Shown one piece after another: positions 9,545 through 18,076 of a DNA stretch of 64,000 nucleotides (its first letter is position 1; every line of letters begins with the position of its first letter). The position numbers and the translations under genes were made by a program. The stretch covers positions 164,092 through 228,091 of the forward strand of contig CAWCIS010000006.1 of NCBI GenBank assembly GCA_963795625.1. The letters run 5' to 3'. This stretch comes from an uncultured Solirubrobacterales bacterium (GTDB taxonomy: Bacteria; Actinomycetota; Thermoleophilia; Solirubrobacterales; 70-9). The notes beneath the pieces were generated by a model. That model was not told the DNA's origin, searched no databases, and worked only from the letters and a program-made list of their open reading frames with translations.

Positions 9545-9652
9545 GCCGGCACGGACCAAGAAGATAGGCGTGGTCCGTGCCGGCTACTCAACGGGGAGCG
9601 CGCTGGACCGATTTCTGCCTGTCTCTATTCGGCGGACGCGCCGAACAGAGAC
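9545..9652 (+). terminator. conserved double-hairpin intergenic module (copy 1)
   Basis: Hairpin 1 at 9545-9584: GCCGGCACGGACCA / TGGTCCGTGCCGGC. Hairpin 2 at 9621-9652: GTCTCTATTCGGCG-GACG-CGCCGAACAGAGAC. Confidence 0.45.
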
Positions 9653-9724
9653 ACGGCCTTTGCAGGGGAGACGCCGGCTTGCCGGGACTGCCTCGTCAGA
9701 CGGCGTCACTCATCGAGTCCCAGC

Positions 9725-9753
9725 TTGATCGCTCAGCAAAAGCTGCCTATGAC
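9725..9753 (+). promoter_or_regulatory. putative promoter of paralog 3
   Basis: Same motif as 113..141. Confidence 0.4.
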
Positions 9754-9809
9754 TCTCAGGACCGCGCGGCCAGAAGGGGCCGGGCGACTACTACAAGGAG
9801 CGAGATCGA

Positions 9810-10529
9810 ATGATCCGCAATCTCAAAGTCCTGTTGGCGGCCGCGATGGCGCTGGCAGCCTTCGGCGCCGTCAGCGCCGGCGCCGCTCACGCGGCAGAAG
9901 AATTCCACTGTCAGGCGGGGGTGACTCCATGCACAATCACAGCGTCCCAGGATGGCGCCGCTGGTTCGGTGACAGGGTCGCAGGTATTCATCCCTAAAAA
10001 CAAAGCAGGAGAAACCGCTTCCTTCAAATGTGGGACGGTGTCAGGAGGCGCGACATCGGCCACCGTCACAACCCCAGAACTCACAGTCGGCGCAGCCGGG
10101 GCGCTGGCTTACGGCAGCTGCAAAATCAACGGCAGCTCTGAAGTCAAAGTCCGGATGAACGAATGCCATTACCTGTTTACAGCCCTCAATGGCGGAACGA
10201 CCGCAGGCGCGATAGTCCACGTCCTGTGCAAAACCGCGAAACACATTGAAATCGAAACCCCCGAAGACGGCTGCATATTCGAAGTGACACCGCAGACACT
10301 GACGGGGGTTCATTACCACAACATCGGCACCAAAGGAACCTCTTCGACAGAAACGACAGTCGAAATAAACGCCACCGGTATCAGCGTGGAGACCTCCCAT
10401 GTGGGTACCGGGTGTATTCCCAGAGCAGCCGTGGGAGAAACCCTCACCGCTACCTACAACGGCAACGCGCTCGCCACAGCAGAGAAAGACAACACCAATA
10501 AAGAAATGGTCGAAGGCTGGTGGGCATAG
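9810..10529 (+). CDS. Cys-rich secreted protein, paralog 3
   Basis: ORF-track ORF. The signal peptide and first ~80 codons are identical to paralog 1. Ends MVEGWWA. Confidence 0.88.
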   Translation: MIRNLKVLLAAAMALAAFGAVSAGAAHAAEEFHCQAGVTPCTITASQDGAAGSVTGSQVFIPKNKAGETASFKCGTVSGGATSATVTTPELTVGAAGALAYGSCKINGSSEVKVRMNECHYLFTALNGGTTAGAIVHVLCKTAKHIEIETPEDGCIFEVTPQTLTGVHYHNIGTKGTSSTETTVEINATGISVETSHVGTGCIPRAAVGETLTATYNGNALATAEKDNTNKEMVEGWWA

Positions 10530-10581
10530 TCATCAGTCGACTACATCCCGATTGCTGCAGCTAGCGATCAGGACGTGACGA

Positions 10582-10689
10582 GCCGGCACGGACCAAGAAG
10601 ATAGGCGTGGTCCGTGCCGGCTACTCAACGGGGAGCGCGCTGGACCGATTTCTGCCTGTCTCTATTCGGCGGACGCGCCGAATAGAGAC
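10582..10689 (+). terminator. double-hairpin intergenic module (copy 2)
   Basis: Same sequence as 9545..9652, shifted by 1037 nt. Hairpin 2 is perfect here (GAATAGAGAC). Confidence 0.45.
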
Positions 10690-10761
10690 ACGGCCTTTGC
10701 AGGGGAGACGCCGGCTTGCCGGGACTGCCTCGTCAGACGGCGTCACTCATCGAGTCCCAGC

Positions 10762-10790
10762 TTGATCGCTCAGCAAAAGCTGCCTATGAC
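10762..10790 (+). promoter_or_regulatory. putative promoter of paralog 4
   Basis: Same motif as 113..141. Confidence 0.4.
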
Positions 10791-10845
10791 TCTCAGGACC
10801 GCTCGGCCACAGGGGTCGGGCGACTACTACAAGGAGCGAGATCGA

Positions 10846-11565
10846 ATGATCCGCAATCTCAAAGTCCTGCTGCTCAGCGCAATGGCGCTGGCTGCCTTCG
10901 GCGCCCTGAGCGCCGGCGCTGCTCACGCAGCAGAGGAATTCCACTGTCAGGCGGGGGTGGCTCCCTGCACATGGACAGCATCTCAGGATGGCGCAGCGGG
11001 TTCAGCAACAGGGGCGCAACTATTCATCCCTAAAAACAAAGCAGGAGAAACCGCTTCCTTCAAATGTGGGACGGTGTCAGGAGGCGCGACATCGGCCACC
11101 GTCACAACCCCAGAACTCACATTCGGCGCAGTCGGGGCACTGGCTTACGGCAGCTGCAAAGTCAACGGCAGCTCTGAAGTCAAAGTCCGGATGAACGGCT
11201 GTCACTATCTGTTTACAGCCCTCAATGGCGGAACGGCCGCGGGCGCAATAGTTCACATCCTGTGCGAAACCACGCAACACATCGAAAGAGAAGTTCCAGA
11301 AACCGGTTGCATACTAGAAACAACACCGCAGACACTTACCGGGGTTCACTACCACAACATCGGCACCAAAGGAACCAACTCGACAGAAATAACAGTTGAA
11401 ATGAAAGTCTCAGGCCTCGTTGTGGAGGTTGCCAAAGCGGGCACCGGGTGCCTTCCCAAAGCAGCCGTGGGAGAAACCCTCACCGCCGAACTCAATGGCA
11501 ACATGATCTTCACAGCAGAGAAGGACAACGCCAACAAAGAAATGGTCGAAGGCTGGTGGGCATAG
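10846..11565 (+). CDS. Cys-rich secreted protein, paralog 4
   Basis: ORF 10762..11565 trimmed to MIRNLKVLLLSAMALAAFGALSAGAAHA. Ends MVEGWWA. Confidence 0.85.
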   Translation: MIRNLKVLLLSAMALAAFGALSAGAAHAAEEFHCQAGVAPCTWTASQDGAAGSATGAQLFIPKNKAGETASFKCGTVSGGATSATVTTPELTFGAVGALAYGSCKVNGSSEVKVRMNGCHYLFTALNGGTAAGAIVHILCETTQHIEREVPETGCILETTPQTLTGVHYHNIGTKGTNSTEITVEMKVSGLVVEVAKAGTGCLPKAAVGETLTAELNGNMIFTAEKDNANKEMVEGWWA

Positions 11566-11617
11566 TCATCAGTCGACTACATCCCGATTTCTGCAGCTAG
11601 CGATCAGGATGTGACGA

Positions 11618-11724
11618 GCCGGCACGGACCAAAAGATAGGCGTGGTCCGTGCCGGCTACTCAACGGGGAGCGCGCTGGACCGATTTCTGCCTGTCTCTAT
11701 TCGGCGGACGCGCCGAACAGAGAC
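11618..11724 (+). terminator. double-hairpin intergenic module (copy 3)
   Basis: Hairpin 1 at 11618-11656 (loop 1 nt shorter). Hairpin 2 at 11693-11724. Confidence 0.45.
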
Positions 11725-11797
11725 ACGGCCTTTGCAGGGGAGACGCCGGCTTGCCGGGAACTGCCTCGTCAGACGGCGTCACTCATCGAGTCCCAGC

Positions 11798-11826
11798 TTG
11801 ATCGCTCAGCAAAAGCTGCCTATGAC
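11798..11826 (+). promoter_or_regulatory. putative promoter of paralog 5
   Basis: Same motif as 113..141. Confidence 0.4.
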
Positions 11827-11881
11827 TCTCAGGACCGCTCGGCCACAGGGGTCGGGCGACTACTACAAGGAGCGAGATCGA

Positions 11882-12601
11882 ATGATCCGCAATCTCAAAG
11901 TCCTGCTGCTCAGCGCGATGGCGCTGGCGGCCTTCGGCGCCGTCAGCGCCGGCACCGCTCACGCGGCAGAAGAATTCCACTGTCAGGCAGGGGTGGCTCC
12001 CTGCACAATCACAGCGTCCCAGGATGGCGCCGCTGGTTCGGTGACAGGTTCGCAGGTATTCGTCCCCAAAAACAAAGCAGGAGAAACCGGCTCCTTCAAA
12101 TGTGGGACGGTGGAAGGAGGCGCGACATCGGCCACCGTCACAACCCCAGAACTCACAGTCGGCGCAGCCGGGGCGCTGGCTTACAGCAGCTGCAAAGTCA
12201 ACGGCAGCTCTGAAGTCAAAGTCCGAATGCACAGCTGTCACTATCTGTTTACAGCCGTAAACGGCGGAACGGCCGCGGGCGCAATAGTTCACATCCTGTG
12301 CGAAACCGAAGAACACATCGAAATCGAAATCCCCGAAACCAAATGCATATTTGAAGTGACACCGCAGACACTGACGGCGGCGCACTACCACAACATCGGC
12401 ACCAAAGGAACCAACTCGACAGAAACGACAGCCGAAATAAAAGCCACGGGTATCACCGTCGAGGTCAAAGCAGTGGGTACCGGGTGTATTCCCAAAGCAG
12501 GCCTGGGGGAAACCCTCACCGCTACCTACAACGGTAACGCGCTGGCCACAGCAGAGAAAGACAACACCGACAAAGAAATGGTCGAAGGCTGGTGGGCATA
12601 G
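11882..12601 (+). CDS. Cys-rich secreted protein, paralog 5
   Basis: ORF 11642..12601 trimmed to MIRNLKVLLLSAMALAAFGAVSAGTAHA. Ends MVEGWWA. Confidence 0.85.
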   Translation: MIRNLKVLLLSAMALAAFGAVSAGTAHAAEEFHCQAGVAPCTITASQDGAAGSVTGSQVFVPKNKAGETGSFKCGTVEGGATSATVTTPELTVGAAGALAYSSCKVNGSSEVKVRMHSCHYLFTAVNGGTAAGAIVHILCETEEHIEIEIPETKCIFEVTPQTLTAAHYHNIGTKGTNSTETTAEIKATGITVEVKAVGTGCIPKAGLGETLTATYNGNALATAEKDNTDKEMVEGWWA

Positions 12602-12653
12602 CCATCAGTCGACTACACCCCGATTGCTGCTGCTAGCGATCAGGACGTGACGA

Positions 12654-12760
12654 GCCGGCACGGACCAAAAGATAGGCGTGGTCCGTGCCGGCCACTCAAC
12701 GGGGAGCGCGCAGGACCGATTTCTGCCTGTCTCTATTCGGCGGACGCGCCGAATAGAGAC
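12654..12760 (+). terminator. double-hairpin intergenic module (copy 4)
   Basis: Hairpin 1 at 12654-12692. Hairpin 2 at 12729-12760. Confidence 0.45.
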
Positions 12761-12823
12761 ACGGTCTTTGCAGGGCAGAAGCCAGCCCCCCCGGAACTGC
12801 CTCGTCACTCGTCGAGTCCTAGC

Positions 12824-12852
12824 TTGATCGCTCAGCAAAAGCTGCCTATGAA
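12824..12852 (+). promoter_or_regulatory. putative promoter of paralog 6 (TTGATC-17-TATGAA)
   Basis: Same position and spacing as the other copies; the -10 differs by one base. Confidence 0.35.
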
Positions 12853-12907
12853 TCGCGGGACCGCTCGGCCAAGGGGGCCGGGCGACTATTACAAGGAGCG
12901 AGATCGA

Positions 12908-13630
12908 ATGATCCGCAATCTCAAAGTCCTGCTTGCCGCCGCGATGGCGCTGGCAGCCTTCGGCGTCGTGAACGCCGGCGCCGCTCACGCGGCAGGGGAG
13001 CTATTCCACTGTCAGGCGGGGGTGGCTCCCTGCACAATTACAGCGTCCCAGGACGGCGCAGCCGGCACGGCGGCAGGGGCGCAGGTGTTCGTCCCCAAAA
13101 ACAAAGCAGGAGAAACCGGCTCCTTCAAATGCGGGACGGTGGAAGGAGGCGCGACATCGACCACCGTCACAACCCCAGAACTCACATTCGGCGCAGCCGG
13201 CCTACTGGCTTACGGCAGCTGCAAAGTCAACGGCAGCTCTGAAGTCAAAGTCCGGATGAACGGCTGTCACTATCTGTTTACAGCCGCGAACGGCGGAACG
13301 GTCGCAGGTGCGATAATACATGTTCTGTGTACGACCGCAAAACATGTCGAAATCGAAATCCCGGAAACCGGTTGCATATTCGAAGTGACACCGCAAACAC
13401 TGACGGGAGCTCACTACCACAACATCGGTACCTCGGGGACCAGCTCGACAGAAGTAACAGTCGAAGTACAAGTTAGCGGTGTCGTCGTCGAGGTCAAGGC
13501 AGTAGGTATTGGATGCATACCCAGAGCAGCTGTGGGAGACACCCTCACCGCCACCTACAACGGCAATCTGCTCTTTACAGCAGAGAAAGACAACACTAAC
13601 AAAGAGATGGTCGAATTCTGGTGGGCATAA
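12908..13630 (+). CDS. Cys-rich secreted protein, paralog 6
   Basis: ORF 12647..13630 trimmed to MIRNLKVLLAAAMALAAFGVVNAGAAHA. Ends MVEFWWA. Confidence 0.85.
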   Translation: MIRNLKVLLAAAMALAAFGVVNAGAAHAAGELFHCQAGVAPCTITASQDGAAGTAAGAQVFVPKNKAGETGSFKCGTVEGGATSTTVTTPELTFGAAGLLAYGSCKVNGSSEVKVRMNGCHYLFTAANGGTVAGAIIHVLCTTAKHVEIEIPETGCIFEVTPQTLTGAHYHNIGTSGTSSTEVTVEVQVSGVVVEVKAVGIGCIPRAAVGDTLTATYNGNLLFTAEKDNTNKEMVEFWWA

Positions 13631-13679
13631 TCCTAAGTTGACAAGAACCCAACGGGAGGGTACGACGACCGTTTTTTGC

Positions 13680-13715
13680 GTATCTCTATTCGGCGCGCGC
13701 GCCGAATAGAGATAC
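13680..13715 (+). terminator. single palindromic hairpin (variant of hairpin 2)
   Basis: GTATCTCTATTCGGCGCG / CGCGCCGAATAGAGATAC is a 36-nt perfect palindrome. Hairpin 1 is absent in this spacer, and a T6 run precedes the palindrome. Confidence 0.4.
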
Positions 13716-13787
13716 GGCCCTTTGCAGGGCCGAAGCCGGTTCGTCTGGAACCGCTCAAGCAGGCGCGAGGACCCAGCGGACCCCGGC

Positions 13788-13816
13788 TTGATCGCTCAGC
13801 GAGAGCTGCCTATGAA
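13788..13816 (+). promoter_or_regulatory. putative promoter of paralog 7 (TTGATC-17-TATGAA)
   Basis: Same architecture as the other copies, with a more diverged leader. Confidence 0.35.
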
Positions 13817-13870
13817 TTGTGGGAATGCTCGACCACAGGGCCGGGCGACTACGACAAGGAGCGAGATCGA

Positions 13871-14584
13871 ATGATCCGCAATCTCAAAGTCCTGCTGCTC
13901 AGCGCGATGGCGCTGGCGGCCTTCGGCGCGCTCAGCGCCGGCGCCGCTCACGCGGCAGAAGAATTCCACTGTCAGGTAGGGGTGGCACCCTGCACATGGA
14001 CAGGTTCCCAGGATGGTGCAGCGGGTTCAGTAACAGGCGGGCAGGTGCTCGTCATCAAAAACGCCGCAGGAGAAATCGCCTCCTTCAAATGCGGCACGGT
14101 GTCCGGAGGCGCGACATCGACCACCGTCACAACCCCGGAACTCACATTCGGCGCAGCTGGGGCGCTGGCTTACGGCAGCTGTAAAGTCAACGGCAGCTCT
14201 CAGGTCACTGTCCGGATGAACGGCTGTCACTACCTGTTTACAGCCGCAAACGGCAAAACGGAAGCAGGCGCGACAGTTCACATCCTGTGTGCAACCGAAA
14301 AACACATCGAAAGAGAAATTCCAGAAACCGGCTGCATACTAGAAACAACACCGCAGACATTGACCGGAGCTCACTACCACAACATCGGCGCCGGAGCTAC
14401 GACAGAAACGACAGTCGAAGTGAAAGTCAGCGGTGTCGTCGTCGAGGTCAAGGCAGTGGGCAGCGGGTGTCTTCTCCCTGTGAAAGTGGGAGAAACTCTC
14501 ACCGCCACGTACAACGGCAACATGATCATCACAGCAGAGAAAGACAACAGCAACAAAGAAATGGTCGAAGCCTGGTGGGCATAG
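13871..14584 (+). CDS. Cys-rich secreted protein, paralog 7 (most divergent)
   Basis: ORF 13676..14584 trimmed to MIRNLKVLLLSAMALAAFGALSAGAAHA. Ends MVEAWWA. Confidence 0.85.
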   Translation: MIRNLKVLLLSAMALAAFGALSAGAAHAAEEFHCQVGVAPCTWTGSQDGAAGSVTGGQVLVIKNAAGEIASFKCGTVSGGATSTTVTTPELTFGAAGALAYGSCKVNGSSQVTVRMNGCHYLFTAANGKTEAGATVHILCATEKHIEREIPETGCILETTPQTLTGAHYHNIGAGATTETTVEVKVSGVVVEVKAVGSGCLLPVKVGETLTATYNGNMIITAEKDNSNKEMVEAWWA

Positions 14585-14589
14585 CCGTC

Positions 14590-14619
14590 GGTGAGGGGTC
14601 GCCAGGGCGACCCCTCACC
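14590..14619 (+). terminator. GC-rich hairpin terminating the array
   Basis: GGTGAGGGGTCGCC-AG-GGCGACCCCTCACC, starting 6 nt after the stop codon. Confidence 0.55.
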
Positions 14620-14658
14620 TCGCTGATGGCGTAGCGTCCAGGGTCCAGGGGAGATTCC

Positions 14659-14686
14659 TTGACAGATATCCCTTGTTTCCTATAGG
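14659..14686 (+). promoter_or_regulatory. putative promoter (TTGACA - 16 nt - TATAGG)
   Basis: Perfect -35 at 14659-14664 and a -10-like TATAGG at 14681-14686. It would give a ~140-nt leader before the ATG at 14832. Confidence 0.45.
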
Positions 14687-14831
14687 GTCTCTGCGCGGTG
14701 CCCGAACGGGTTCGGGTGCCAGGTTTGAGGACGGGCACGCACGGGGGCGAGGGAGAAGTGGAAAGCAAGGCTCTCCGATCCGTATGGCCACGGTCCCTAC
14801 TTAGAAGACCAGTCTCTAAAGGGAGAGTGAA

Positions 14832-15675
14832 ATGAAGTTGAACCGCTATGTCGGCCTTCTCTTGGCGGTCGCCGGTTTGATCACCGCTTTCGCGGCGCTC
14901 AGCCCGGTGGCCCAGGCCGCGAAACCTAATCCCGGCTACACGCAGTTTGCCGGCTGTCCCAATCTGTATACAGAAAATCCGAACAGCCTCACCTGTCTCC
15001 GCTCCGAAATCAAGAGCGGCAAATTCAAGATGGGGAACAAAGAAGTTCCGATCGAACATCCGATCGTCTTGACGGGCGGGGTCCAAAAACTCTTCTCGCC
15101 GACGCCGGTCTACTTCAACTCCGAAGGCGGACTGACGAAAGTCAAACAGAAAGTCCCCGGCGGCATCATCGGCCTCACCGGATTGACCTGGCTGGCTGAA
15201 TTCCTCGGCATCGAAGCGTTGACGCTGTACGCAACGACCGAATTGGCTGGCACTCCGATCGTTGCCGGCACCGCGTTCGCGCAGCTCGCCGATCAAAGTG
15301 CACCTGGAGAACACGACCGGCGTTCTGGGCAAAAGCTGCTACGTCGGGTCGAACTCGGCTCCGATCGTCCTCAACCTGACGACCGGTACGACCAGCCCGC
15401 CGCCGCCCAACAAACCGATTTCAGGGAAAGAACCGTTCCTTGAATTCGAACCGATTCTGGAAATCCAGAAGGCGAAAAACGGCACCTACGTGGACAACTC
15501 GTTCGCGGCTCCCGGTGCCAACGGCTGCGTCCTGACGCTGTTCGGCTTCATCCCGATCAGCATCAACGGCCTGGTCAACACTCAGTCGGGCCTGCCGTCT
15601 CCGGCTGGGACCAACGAAACGGTGCAGAATTTCGACGCAGAACTCGCTGCGGGCGAACTGGTGTACACCGAATAG
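14832..15675 (+). pseudogene. exported protein of a second small family, interrupted by a +1 frame break (or sequencing error)
   Basis: ORF 14832..15443 has signal peptide MKLNRYVGLLLAVAGLITAFAALSPVAQA and looks protein-like until ~15290, then becomes Arg-rich nonsense. ORF 15262..15675 (frame +1) continues protein-like (IKVHLENTTGVLGKSCYVGS..). Frame +1 is closed upstream by a TGA at 15220-15222. Confidence 0.6.
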
Positions 15676-15709
15676 GCAACGTTTAAAGGGCCAATAGGCC
15701 TGAAGTTCT

Positions 15710-15743
15710 GGCGCGTGGCGGGTTTCCCGCCACGCGCCTTTTT
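15710..15743 (+). terminator. canonical intrinsic terminator
   Basis: 13-bp stem GGCGCGTGGCGGG / CCCGCCACGCGCC with loop TTT, followed by TTTTT. Confidence 0.75.
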
Positions 15744-15823
15744 GTTGGCTGCGTCAGGCAGATACTAGAAAATTCCTATATAGTTACTGAGTAGTTACGA
15801 GGGGTCGTCCGGGAGGGGACGCA

Positions 15824-18076
15824 TTGAGGGGTCGGTTTCTACTTACGCTCGGCGTTTTCGCCATGGCTGCTTGTTGCCTGGCTGCGCTGGCCGGTGCAGC
15901 GATGCCGCAGGTGGACGAGACTTGGGTCGAAGCAGTTGCCACCGACACCGCCGATCTTCATGCGCGGGTCGATAGTGGCGGTCTCGCTAGCACCTACCGC
16001 TTTGACTACATCGCCGAATCCGCTTACCTGGCGAATCTGGAGGCGGGCAGGGAAGGGTTCTTCGGGGCAGCGAGTATTCCCCAGCCGGAAGGCAACCCGG
16101 GCAAAGGCGCCGACAGTCCCGTCACGCAGTCGCTTACCGGCCTGCAGAAGGAAACGAGATATCGCTATCGGGTAGCGATACGCAACGCAGACGGGACCGC
16201 GGCAGGTCCGGAGCGGGTGTTCACGACCAAAGGCGCGGAAGGGCCGCTGGCCCTGCTCGACGGTCGCGGCTGGGAGATGGTCTCCCCAGTCGACAAAAAC
16301 GGCGGTGAGGTCCAAGCGCCCGGGACTGGCGGGAGCGGTGGCGTCTTCCAGGCCGCGTCCCAAGGCGGGGCGGTGACGTTCAGCTCCGTCGCTTCGTTCG
16401 GTGCCGACGCCGGCGGCGCCCCGGCGGGCAGCCAGTACGTCGCGCGCCGCGGACCCGGCGGCTGGGGGACCGAAAACGTGACCGCGCCGCTCGCCGCCGC
16501 CGGCTTCGGCGAAGAACCGGTCGGGGTCCCGTACCAGCTGTTCTCTGCCGGGCTTTCGCTCGGTCTGCTGGCGGCGCCCGACTATCCGCCGCTGCCGGGG
16601 ACCCCAGCACCGCCGGGCTATGGCAACTACTACTTGCGGGATGCCGCCGGCGCCTACTCAGCGCTCCTCACCTATGGCGACATCGCTCGCCTGACGGTGC
16701 CACCGCAGGACTTCGAGCTGAGCTTCGCCGGCGCTTCCACGGATCTCTCGCACATCGTGCTCTCGAGCTGCGCGGCCTTGACTGAAAACGCGACCGAAGT
16801 GCCGGGCTCCGGCACGGGCTGCGATCCGAAAGCGCCCAACCTCTATGTGCGCTCGGCAGCTGGCTGGCGATTGCTGAACCTGCTGCCGGGCGATTCCATC
16901 GGCACGCCGCCGGGCCGACTGGCCGCCCCCGCGGGCGCGGTCTCGGCCGACGGCTCGCGCGTCTTCTGGACCGACGGGTCCGACCTCTATCTCAACCAGG
17001 AAGGCGCCGGCTCGGTCCAGGTCGACGGTGCCGTCGGCGGCGGTGGGACCTTCCAGACCGCCGCGGCCGACGGCTCGGTCGTCTACTTCACCAAGGGCGG
17101 CAGCCTTTACCGCTACGACGTCGCCGGAGAAGCGACCGCGGACCTGACTCCCGGTGGCGGCGTGATCGGGGTACTGGGCGCCTCCGCCGACGGCTCGGCG
17201 GGGTACTACGCCACCACCGCCGGGGTCTTCCTCAACCGGGCCGGCGTCACCACCGGCCCGTTCGCCTCCGCCGTCGACCCCTCGAGCTTCCCGCCGAGTA
17301 CCGGGACCGCCCGAGTCAGCGCCGACGGCAACAGCCTCGCCTTCCTCTCTTCGGCCGAACTCACCCCGTACGACAACACCGAAACCACCACCAGCGGGCC
17401 CGGCAAACCCGTCTCCGAGGTCTATCTCTACGACGCCGGCGCAAACAAGCTCACCTGCGTCTCCTGCAACCCCACCGGGGAACGCCCGAAGGGGCCCTCG
17501 ACGATCCCTGGCGCGATCGCCAACGGCCCGGGCGAAGGCGCCACCCGTGCCTACAAGCCGCGGGCGCTCAGCGCCGACGGCGACCGCCTCTTCTTCGACA
17601 CCCGCGACGCGCTGGTCCCCAGGGCCGACACGAACGGGGAACCTGACGTCTACGAGTGGGAGGCAGACGGCAGCGGCACCTGCGCTCGAGCCGCCGGATG
17701 CCTGCAGCTGATCTCCTCCGGCAGCGGTCGCCCCGCCTCCTTCGTCGATGCCAGCGCGAACGGCGAGGACGTCTTCTTCCTCACCGCCAACTCGCTGGTC
17801 GGGACCGATCCTGGCTCGGTCGACCTCTACGACGCCCGCGAAGGCGGCGGCTTCGCCGAACCGCCGCCCCCGTTCATCTGCGAAGAGGACGCCTGCCAGC
17901 CGCTGCCGCCGCCCCCCGACGACCCCACTCCTGGCACCCTCGTGCCGACCGGCGGCAACCCGCCGGTTCACTTCCCGAAGGCCCACAAGACGAAGCCTCG
18001 GCACAAGCGCAAGCACCGGGCCCAGCGCCGGCAACGAAGTGGGCGCCACCACAGCAGGCCGGAGGGGAGACGATGA
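15824..18076 (+). CDS. exported FN3-like / PD40 beta-propeller protein with Arg/Lys/His-rich tail (shorter paralog of 1117..5256)
   Basis: Signal peptide MRGRFLLTLGVFAMAACCLAALAGAA. FN3-like TYRFDYI..RYRYRVAIRN. PD40-like SADGSRVFWT, AADGSVVYFT, SADGSAGYYA, SADGNSLAFLS, SADGDRLFFDT, SANGEDVFFLT. The C-terminal block YDAREGGGFAEPPPP..C..C is shared with the first giant protein. Tail KAHKTKPRHKRKHRAQRRQR. Confidence 0.85.
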   Translation: MRGRFLLTLGVFAMAACCLAALAGAAMPQVDETWVEAVATDTADLHARVDSGGLASTYRFDYIAESAYLANLEAGREGFFGAASIPQPEGNPGKGADSPVTQSLTGLQKETRYRYRVAIRNADGTAAGPERVFTTKGAEGPLALLDGRGWEMVSPVDKNGGEVQAPGTGGSGGVFQAASQGGAVTFSSVASFGADAGGAPAGSQYVARRGPGGWGTENVTAPLAAAGFGEEPVGVPYQLFSAGLSLGLLAAPDYPPLPGTPAPPGYGNYYLRDAAGAYSALLTYGDIARLTVPPQDFELSFAGASTDLSHIVLSSCAALTENATEVPGSGTGCDPKAPNLYVRSAAGWRLLNLLPGDSIGTPPGRLAAPAGAVSADGSRVFWTDGSDLYLNQEGAGSVQVDGAVGGGGTFQTAAADGSVVYFTKGGSLYRYDVAGEATADLTPGGGVIGVLGASADGSAGYYATTAGVFLNRAGVTTGPFASAVDPSSFPPSTGTARVSADGNSLAFLSSAELTPYDNTETTTSGPGKPVSEVYLYDAGANKLTCVSCNPTGERPKGPSTIPGAIANGPGEGATRAYKPRALSADGDRLFFDTRDALVPRADTNGEPDVYEWEADGSGTCARAAGCLQLISSGSGRPASFVDASANGEDVFFLTANSLVGTDPGSVDLYDAREGGGFAEPPPPFICEEDACQPLPPPPDDPTPGTLVPTGGNPPVHFPKAHKTKPRHKRKHRAQRRQRSGRHHSRPEGRR

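Larger units (their letters stand above)
8662..14619 (+). repeat. head-to-tail tandem array of six gene-plus-spacer units
   Basis: Paralog starts at 8746, 9810, 10846, 11882, 12908 and 13871 (spacings 1064, 1036, 1036, 1026, 963 bp). Both the spacers and the coding 5' and 3' ends are highly similar. Confidence 0.9.

Noticed and set aside
8662-14619. Periodic array as a CRISPR or other non-coding repeat
   Set aside because: The period is ~1 kb and each unit is a complete protein-coding gene with a signal peptide. There are no short repeat/spacer units.
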